A stretch of 64,000 nt of DNA from a virus, in IMG/VR virus record IMGVR_UViG_3300027969_000046. One strand, written 5' to 3'. The translations under genes were made by a program, and so were the position numbers. The notes beneath the pieces were generated by a model. It saw nothing but the letters and a program-made list of their open reading frames with translations. It did not search any database and was not told where the DNA came from. Below, piece by piece: positions 57,416 through 64,000 of this stretch (positions are counted from its first letter, which is position 1; the number at the start of each line of letters is the position of its first letter).

Positions 57416-57832
57416 ATGACCGAACAAGTTAAAAAAGACGAAGATTGGATGCAGAAGAAATGGCGTCCTGCCATGGGTTGGATGTATATGGTTGTCTGTA
57501 TGATGGACATGGTTATATTTCCTGTTGTATGGAGTTTGGCACAAGTATTCACTAAACAACCAATCACACAATGGAACCCATTGACATTACAAGGTGCAGG
57601 ACTATTTCATCTTGCTATGGGTGCCGTATTAGGTATTGCCGCTTTTGGTAGAACACAAGAAAAAATTGCAGGAACAGCTACAAATGCAACACCGCCATCC
57701 ATTCCATCAAGCCTGCCTTCAGCACCTAGCTTTTCGGCACCAACACTATCAGTACCGACCCCAGCACCAGCAGGCATCACAATGGTCAATGGAAAAACTG
57801 CTCCACCACCCCAAGACTTCCCTCCCCTCTAA
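57416..57832 (+). CDS. Holin-like protein (GTA 3TM-holin type)
   Basis: WRPAMGWMY...GAVLGIAAFGRTQEK; near the endolysin. Confidence 0.7.
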   Translation: MTEQVKKDEDWMQKKWRPAMGWMYMVVCMMDMVIFPVVWSLAQVFTKQPITQWNPLTLQGAGLFHLAMGAVLGIAAFGRTQEKIAGTATNATPPSIPSSLPSAPSFSAPTLSVPTPAPAGITMVNGKTAPPPQDFPPL

Positions 57833-57842
57833 GGACTAATAT

Positions 57843-58022
57843 ATGAAAAAGATTTTAATTGCCTCTATGTTAGCTGTATTTGCGTTAGCATCCTATGCTG
57901 AAGCAGAAAAGAAAAAAGTTTGCCATAAAGAAATGGTGAAGGGTAAAGAAGTTGAGAAGTGTAAAGAAATTAAAGTTCATAAAAAACTTGAAGGTACCAA
58001 TGTGCCAGAGAAGAAAAAATAA
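57843..58022 (+). CDS. Small secreted protein (59 aa, not in the ORF track)
   Basis: Signal peptide MKKILIASMLAVFALASYA, two Cys, AAGGA RBS. Confidence 0.6.
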   Translation: MKKILIASMLAVFALASYAEAEKKKVCHKEMVKGKEVEKCKEIKVHKKLEGTNVPEKKK

Positions 58023-58465
58023 TGGCTTCTGCTGAGCAAGATTGCATAGAAATCAAAGTTGATGTGGGCATATTAAAGAATCAGGTTGCCATGCTGACCC
58101 AACTTTGTAATAAAATGGATGCCGTCATAGATAGATTGATGGAAAACCAAAATAAAATGTCTGATGACATCTATGATGACATGGAAAAGAAAAAACAAGA
58201 TACGGTGGCCGATATCAAAGAACTTCACTCACGAATCACAACGGTTGACAGAAACCTATCCGATAAGATAGAATTGACCGAGCGCCGAATTATGGATGAA
58301 ATCAAGTCTTTGCGTACCGATATCGCAGAGCATAATCAGAAAGAAGATAGTGAATTGAAAAAGATTTTAGAATGGAAATGGGCAGCTGCAGGTGGTATAG
58401 TTGTTCTTGCCTGGTTATTATCTCATGTTAACATATTAGCATCATTAGGTAAAGTTTTCGGATAG
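58022..58465 (+). CDS. Coiled-coil protein with C-terminal TM segment
   Basis: ELHSRIT, LEWKWAAAGG. Confidence 0.65.
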   Translation: MASAEQDCIEIKVDVGILKNQVAMLTQLCNKMDAVIDRLMENQNKMSDDIYDDMEKKKQDTVADIKELHSRITTVDRNLSDKIELTERRIMDEIKSLRTDIAEHNQKEDSELKKILEWKWAAAGGIVVLAWLLSHVNILASLGKVFG

Positions 58466-58506
58466 TAGTTGTTTTTTTGTGATGGTTGTGTTACAATGTG
58501 TATATT

Positions 58507-59538
58507 ATGAGTTTAGTTATCGACCAAAAGTATGTGGGTATGATTTCCCACCGTCTCCGCAATTTCAAGCGTAAGCAGGATTATGTTTGGAATTTCTCCT
58601 GCCCATTGTGTGGCGATTCAAAAAAGAATGTTTTAAAAGCAAGAGGTTATGTCTATAAAAAAGGCAATAACCTTTTCTATTCCTGTAAAAACTGTGGCAT
58701 CGGCACAAGTGTCGGTAAATTATTGGAGCAAATAGATGGTAGTCTATACAAAGAATACATATTGGAAAGATACAAGGCTGGTGAGTCCGGTACATCCAAT
58801 TATACGAAGCCAACATTCAACGTCCCCTCGCCGAGATTTGATAAACTTGACAAACAAAAACAGTTCGAACACGCCGAGTTCTGTTCTGACCTACCAAGTG
58901 GACATTTTTGCTTAGACTATTTGAACAACAGGCAGATACCTAAAGAGTTCTACAAGCAATTACTGTTTACATCACACTACAAACAATTCATTGATGCTCT
59001 TGTGCCTAATCATGGCAAGAAACTGGTTGATGATGCTCGAGTTATTATACCGTTTTATGATGTGTATAATAACTTAATTGCTGTGTCTGGTCGTGCATTA
59101 GAAACTAGTGATAAAACTCTTAGATATATAACTATCCGAACTACTGATAGTGAAGATAAGTTGGTCTTTGGTATGGATAGAGTTAGTTTACATGAACCTG
59201 TCCGTATTGTAGAAGGGCCAATTGACAGTCTATTCGTAAAGAATTGTGTGGCATCAGGCGATTCAAGCCTAACAACAGTTGCAGAAAATATTTCAGCAGG
59301 TAAGAAAGTTTTAATATTTGATAATGAACCACGCAATAAAGAAATTGTGAAATTGATGCAAGATGCCATCAAATCCAATCACCAGATAGTGATTTGGCCT
59401 AATACAATTGAGGCTAAAGATATCAATGAGATGGTTGTAAGTGGCATATCGCCAGATGAGATTGAAGCTATTATAAGTAGTAACACCTTCTCAGGTTTGG
59501 AAGCGCAGGCGAAATTCGTTTTTTGGAAGAAAGTATAG
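58507..59538 (+). CDS. gp61: DNA primase gp61
   Basis: CPLCGDS..KARG..CKNC zinc finger; VEGPIDSLF; FDNEPRN; KDINEM. Confidence 0.95.
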   Translation: MSLVIDQKYVGMISHRLRNFKRKQDYVWNFSCPLCGDSKKNVLKARGYVYKKGNNLFYSCKNCGIGTSVGKLLEQIDGSLYKEYILERYKAGESGTSNYTKPTFNVPSPRFDKLDKQKQFEHAEFCSDLPSGHFCLDYLNNRQIPKEFYKQLLFTSHYKQFIDALVPNHGKKLVDDARVIIPFYDVYNNLIAVSGRALETSDKTLRYITIRTTDSEDKLVFGMDRVSLHEPVRIVEGPIDSLFVKNCVASGDSSLTTVAENISAGKKVLIFDNEPRNKEIVKLMQDAIKSNHQIVIWPNTIEAKDINEMVVSGISPDEIEAIISSNTFSGLEAQAKFVFWKKV

Positions 59539-59606
59539 AGCATGATTGATTTATATCTCACCCAGCAATTCAGTAAATAATTTATAATAATAAGATTGGA
59601 GTAATA

Positions 59607-61397
59607 ATGCAAGATATTATGCATGGCATTAAGGTTGACTATTCCCGTGATAGTTTGTTTGATGAGTTAGGTATTAAAAGATTAAAAGAGTCCTATATGA
59701 AAGAGGACGAAACAAGTCCACAGGAGAGATTTGCATATGTATCAAAAGCATTCGGTACTAACGAGGTTCATGCACAGCGATTGTATGAGTATTCTAGTAA
59801 ACATTGGCTTTCTTATTCTACTCCCATTCTTAGTTTTGGGCGTTCTAAGCGTGGCCTTCCTATATCATGTTTCTTACCTTATTTGCATGATTCAGCAGAA
59901 GGTCTTGTCGATTGTTTATCGGAAGTAAATTGGTTGTCAATGTTGGGAGGTGGTGTTGGCATTGGTCTAGGCATTCGTAGTGCTGATGACAAGTCAACAG
60001 GTGTAATGCCACACTTGCGTACCTATGACGCCTCATCACTAGCCTATCGTCAAGGCAGAACACGCAGAGGTTCATATGCAGCCTACCTTGATATCAGCCA
60101 TCCTGATGTATTAATGTTCCTTGAGATTCGTAAACCAACAGGCGACCAGAATATGCGTTGCCTTAACTTACACCATGGTATCAATATCACCGATGACTTT
60201 ATGAAGTTGGTTGAAGCATCTATGCTTGACCCTCATGCAGATGATACATGGGAATTAAAAGACCCAGCATCTGGTATTGTCCGTGATACCATTCCTGCTC
60301 GTGAATTATGGCAGAAGATTTTAGAAATGCGTATGCTTACTGGTGAACCATACATTCACTTTATTGATACTAGTAACCGTGCCATGCCACAATTTCAGAA
60401 AGATTTAGGTCTTTCTATTAAACAATCCAATCTCTGCTCAGAGATTATTCTACCAACCGATAAGGACAGAACCGCAGTATGTTGCTTATCATCAGTTAAT
60501 TTGGAGTATTATGATGAATGGAGTAAAGATGCCCTCTTTCTTAAAGATATTGCTGAAATGCTTGATAATGTCCTTCAGTATTTCATTGATAATGCTCCTT
60601 CTGCTGTTCATCGTGCAAAGTATAGTGCCGAAAGAGAGCGCTCTATTGGTGTTGGTGCTCTTGGGTTCCATGCTTATTTGCAGCTCAATGGCATTGCTTT
60701 CGAAGGTGTCATGGCTAAAGTAGCCAACAACAGAATGTTCAAACATATCAGAGGTAAATTAAATGAAGCCAACTTACAATTGGGTAGTGAGAGGGGCTCT
60801 CCTAGTGACTGTGCCGGCACCGGCCTACGCTTCGCTCACGTTATGGCTGTGGCCCCAAATGCTTCCAGTTCTATTCTTATGGGTAACACCAGTCCTTCTA
60901 TTGAGCCATATCGTGCTAATGCTTACAGACAAGATACCTTATCAGGATCTTATCTAAACAAGAATAAATTCCTTGATGCTATTTTAAGAGCAAAAGGTCT
61001 TACAGAAGAACAAATGCAAGATACATGGTCATCTATTATTGCTAATGATGGTTCATGCCAACATTTATCTATTTTAGATGATATACAGAAAGATGTGTTT
61101 AAAACTGGAATGGAAATTGACCAACGCTGGGTTATTGAACACGCATCCGATAGACAGGTGTATATTGACCAAGCACAATCATTAAATCTATTCTTTAGGC
61201 CTGATGTGCATATCAAATACCTACACGCCTGCCATTTCTTGGCATGGAAAAAAGGATTGAAAACACTATACTATTGCCGTTCAGAGAAATTGGCTAAGGC
61301 TGATAAGGTCTCTAAGCGTATTGAAAGAGAAGTTATCAAAGAGTTAGATATGTCCGCAATCGCACAAGGTAACGAGTGCTTGGCTTGTGAAGGTTAA
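59607..61397 (+). CDS. nrdA: Class I ribonucleotide reductase alpha subunit (short, no ATP-cone)
   Basis: SCF, SNLCSEI, APNASSS, KTLYY, C-terminal CLACEG. Confidence 0.95.
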   Translation: MQDIMHGIKVDYSRDSLFDELGIKRLKESYMKEDETSPQERFAYVSKAFGTNEVHAQRLYEYSSKHWLSYSTPILSFGRSKRGLPISCFLPYLHDSAEGLVDCLSEVNWLSMLGGGVGIGLGIRSADDKSTGVMPHLRTYDASSLAYRQGRTRRGSYAAYLDISHPDVLMFLEIRKPTGDQNMRCLNLHHGINITDDFMKLVEASMLDPHADDTWELKDPASGIVRDTIPARELWQKILEMRMLTGEPYIHFIDTSNRAMPQFQKDLGLSIKQSNLCSEIILPTDKDRTAVCCLSSVNLEYYDEWSKDALFLKDIAEMLDNVLQYFIDNAPSAVHRAKYSAERERSIGVGALGFHAYLQLNGIAFEGVMAKVANNRMFKHIRGKLNEANLQLGSERGSPSDCAGTGLRFAHVMAVAPNASSSILMGNTSPSIEPYRANAYRQDTLSGSYLNKNKFLDAILRAKGLTEEQMQDTWSSIIANDGSCQHLSILDDIQKDVFKTGMEIDQRWVIEHASDRQVYIDQAQSLNLFFRPDVHIKYLHACHFLAWKKGLKTLYYCRSEKLAKADKVSKRIEREVIKELDMSAIAQGNECLACEG

Positions 61398-61784
61398 ATG
61401 GCATATTCAGATAAAGTATTAAACCATTACGAAAATCCACGCAACGTTGGTAAAATGGATTCTACTGATGAAAATGTTGGCACAGGTATGGTGGGGGCAC
61501 CTGCTTGTGGCGATGTAATGAAACTCCAAATTAAAGTCAAAGATGGAATTATTACAGATGCAAAATTCAAAACATATGGGTGTGGGTCGGCGATTGCGAG
61601 TAGTTCGCTCGTCACAGAATGGGTCAAGGGTAAAACGCTGGAGCAAGCTGGATCAATTAAGAATGCTGAAATTGCAGAGGAGCTCAGTCTCCCGCCGGTT
61701 AAAATCCATTGTAGTATCCTTGCGGAAGATGCTATTAAGGCAGCAATAAAAGATTACGAACTTAAATGTTTATGTAAGGTATAA
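61398..61784 (+). CDS. iscU: Fe-S cluster scaffold IscU
   Basis: HYENPRNVG, APACGDVM, GCGSAIASS, LPPVKIHC. Confidence 0.96.
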   Translation: MAYSDKVLNHYENPRNVGKMDSTDENVGTGMVGAPACGDVMKLQIKVKDGIITDAKFKTYGCGSAIASSSLVTEWVKGKTLEQAGSIKNAEIAEELSLPPVKIHCSILAEDAIKAAIKDYELKCLCKV

Positions 61785-61785
61785 A

Positions 61786-62112
61786 ATGATTACTGTAACA
61801 GATAGTGCTTTCAATAAAATTAGAGATTTAATTGTTGAAGAAAAAGATAACGATAATTTGGCATTAAGAATGTCAGTAAGAGGCGGTGGGTGTTCAGGTT
61901 TTCAATATGAATTTACCTTTGATGACAAACAAGAAGAAGATGATTTTGTGATTGAAAAAGATTCCATTAAAGTGTTTGTTGATTCAATGTCAGCACAATA
62001 TTTAATGGGAGCTACTTTAGATTACAAAGATGAAAAATTCAATTCACAATTTGTCATAACTAATCCTGAGGTTAAATCAACTTGTGGTTGTGGTTCATCG
62101 GTAGCATTTTAA
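61786..62112 (+). CDS. erpA: A-type Fe-S carrier (ErpA/IscA family)
   Basis: GGGCSGFQY, TCGCGSS. Confidence 0.9.
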   Translation: MITVTDSAFNKIRDLIVEEKDNDNLALRMSVRGGGCSGFQYEFTFDDKQEEDDFVIEKDSIKVFVDSMSAQYLMGATLDYKDEKFNSQFVITNPEVKSTCGCGSSVAF

Positions 62113-62750
62113 TGGCACATATTGTTGCAAATTTACCACCAGTAAATTGTTACATTCGCAAAGAGTTTCTCTATGACTTTGAAAAGGGTCATGGAGAATT
62201 TGTGCCTTGTTGGTGGATTAGTATCAAATCATTAAGAGGTCAGGCATTTCGTATCGAGGCCTATTTGAATGAATATGGTGCATTATATGATAAATTACCG
62301 TTACACGCATTTTGTTGGAAACCCATTGAAGGTGAACCATATTCATTAGATAGTTTGCAATTGTGGGATTGTTTATCATATGATATTACAGTCATAAAGA
62401 AAGCTCAATTGCAATCTATGAAGTGTCAGATTAAAATGAAAAATGGTGATTGGGCATTTGGTGAATATATGTTTACAGTTGATTCGGCACATCCTGATTT
62501 CAATATCATAGACACGGGATTTAGTGAAGATGTGACCGACCACAAATCATATAACTTTGTTAAACTAGACAACGGTCAGTTTGCCGCACAGCCAAACAAT
62601 CGTATGTTAGTATTGGAGCCGAGTAGTAATCCAAAAGAATTAAAAGTGCCTGATTTTAAAGTTGCAACTAAACGATGGTCGGTTGAAACAGAATCAAAAT
62701 GGGCATTAGGAGATACAGATACATTTATGTATGAAGTAAAATTTGATTAA
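62112..62750 (+). CDS. Conserved phage hypothetical protein
   Basis: GALYDKLPLHAF, LQLWDC, LDNGQFAAQPNNR. Confidence 0.7.
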   Translation: MAHIVANLPPVNCYIRKEFLYDFEKGHGEFVPCWWISIKSLRGQAFRIEAYLNEYGALYDKLPLHAFCWKPIEGEPYSLDSLQLWDCLSYDITVIKKAQLQSMKCQIKMKNGDWAFGEYMFTVDSAHPDFNIIDTGFSEDVTDHKSYNFVKLDNGQFAAQPNNRMLVLEPSSNPKELKVPDFKVATKRWSVETESKWALGDTDTFMYEVKFD

Positions 62751-62753
62751 GTA

Positions 62754-63407
62754 ATGAAACCAACAGTTGCTTTGTTTATGCACCATCCTGAATGTTCTCA
62801 GGAATGTTGTAATGCTATTATAAATGTATTGTCTAGTAATTACAATATAAGGTTGTTCTCAGAAGATGACATACTTAACACTAATTTTTTTAGCGATATT
62901 AGCCTTATTATTTTCCCTGGCGGCATCGGCGATTCTAATTCGATGTATAGATTCTTTAGCAGAAGAACGGGAAATAGAATAGCAGAGTATATTGAGAATG
63001 GTGGTCATTATCTTGGTATTTGTATGGGTGCATATTGGGCAGACCAATGGTACCTTGATATCATAGATGATGTTAGAGCTGTTCAATATATAAAGAGACC
63101 TAATGCAGATATTCGTAGGTCATATGGTACAGTTGCACCCGTAGTATGGAATGGCACACCAATGAATATGTATTTTTATGATGGCTGTGCATTGATAGGT
63201 GATGAGAGTAAATTCAAAACGATTGCTCGATATGCAAACGGTGACCCAATGGCCATAATCAAAGGCCGTGTTGGTCTAATCGGTTGTCATCCTGAGAGTA
63301 GTGAATTTTGGTATCAGAAACCTTGGCAGTATATCAATGAGCATTGGCACAATGGTAAACACCATAAATTATTATTGGAATTTGTAAATGAATTGATGGA
63401 GAAATAG
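62754..63407 (+). CDS. Class I glutamine-amidotransferase-like (BPL-N type) protein
   Basis: FPGG, YLGICMGAY nucleophile elbow, HPE. Confidence 0.8.
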   Translation: MKPTVALFMHHPECSQECCNAIINVLSSNYNIRLFSEDDILNTNFFSDISLIIFPGGIGDSNSMYRFFSRRTGNRIAEYIENGGHYLGICMGAYWADQWYLDIIDDVRAVQYIKRPNADIRRSYGTVAPVVWNGTPMNMYFYDGCALIGDESKFKTIARYANGDPMAIIKGRVGLIGCHPESSEFWYQKPWQYINEHWHNGKHHKLLLEFVNELMEK

Positions 63408-63535
63408 AATGATAGTAGCAGGATGGATAGTAGTGGGGTTCTTCTCAGCAATAGGTTGGTGGAGTGCCAATCATTATGTGATTGAACCTTATTTCCCAGA
63501 ACCAATTAAAAAAGAAAGAAAAGTAGAAACTAAAA

Positions 63536-64000
63536 ATGACTAAAAAATCAGAATCAAAATTAACAGATACACGCAACAGTTTTAAACCCTTTAACTATCC
63601 ATGGGCATACGATGCTTGGCTTAAACACGAACAATCTCATTGGCTGCATACGGAAGTTCCTATGCTTGAAGATGTCAAAGATTGGAAAAAGAAACTCACC
63701 GCTGAAGAAAAACAATTTCTCACACACATTTTTAGATTCTTCACACAAGGAGATATTGACGTTGCTGGCGGTTATGTTCGCAATTATCTACCTTATTTCC
63801 CGCAACCTGAAGTAAGAATGATGCTCATGGGCTTTGCTGCTCGTGAAGCATTACATATTGCTGCTTACTCACACCTGATTGAAACATTAGGTTTGCCTGA
63901 TACAACCTATAATGATTTTATGGAATATCAGGAGATGAAAGACAAACACGATTATGTGCTTGACATTTCAGATAAGAATGGCACCAAAGAAAATACAGCA
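63536..64000 (+). CDS. nrdB: Ribonucleotide reductase beta subunit, N-terminal part (runs off the window)
   Basis: Read from the sequence: FKPFNYPWAY...HWLHTEV..EDVKDW...FFTQGDIDV...REALHIAAYS. Confidence 0.93.
   Translation, partial: MTKKSESKLTDTRNSFKPFNYPWAYDAWLKHEQSHWLHTEVPMLEDVKDWKKKLTAEEKQFLTHIFRFFTQGDIDVAGGYVRNYLPYFPQPEVRMMLMGFAAREALHIAAYSHLIETLGLPDTTYNDFMEYQEMKDKHDYVLDISDKNGTKENTA

Noticed and set aside
460-58506. Longer upstream starts given by the ORF track (460, 9556, 12240, 13493, 19644, 58486)
   Set aside because: Those extensions run through terminators or promoter elements; downstream ATGs fit better.
22680-61397. Introns or inteins in gp43, gp41, uvsX, primase or nrdA
   Set aside because: ORFs are continuous, of normal length, with no splicing motifs seen.
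444-63748. Numerous minus-strand ORFs in the track (e.g. 4194..4598, 31614..32024, 46239..46706)
   Set aside because: All are antisense shadows of well-supported + strand genes, with no recognisable motifs.
1-64000. CRISPR array, integrase/transposase or stop-codon reassignment
   Set aside because: No repeat-spacer pattern or recombinase seen; TAA, TGA and TAG all end genes normally.

Overview
A 64-kb segment of a large, AT-rich T4-like myophage genome (standard genetic code; every credible gene is on the + strand). The host is probably a Proteobacterium, judged from IscU/ErpA, spanins and sigma70-type promoters. Gene order: end of major capsid gp23, gp3, uvsY, uvsW, gp55, gp47, gp46; an accessory block (peptide deformylase, DUF4338-like protein, a non-canonical tRNA-Gly-like RNA, vWA/MoxR pair, DUF262-HNH nuclease, wHTH protein, glycosyltransferase, DUF5664); gp45, gp44, gp62, regA, gp43, uvsX, gp41; a second DUF4338-like gene beside a PD-(D/E)xK-like nuclease; a ~10-kb sugar/cyclitol biosynthesis cluster; putative head-packaged proteins; lysis genes; primase; nrdA, iscU, erpA and the start of nrdB. 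Top candidates for new biology: (1) a 67-nt tRNA-Gly(UCC)-like RNA with its own promoter and terminator. It keeps the GlyRS identity elements but has lost ribosome/EF-Tu features, and lies directly behind a GNAT/Mom-like DUF4338 gene, suggesting a dedicated glycyl donor for DNA (or other) modification. (2) A phage-encoded 2-epi-5-epi-valiolone-synthase (C7 carbasugar) pathway. (3) GATC is strongly depleted and survives only as GGATC/GATCC. Two further structured RNAs, an overprinted gene and a recurring promoter box were also seen. All family assignments come from motif recognition by eye; no searches were run.
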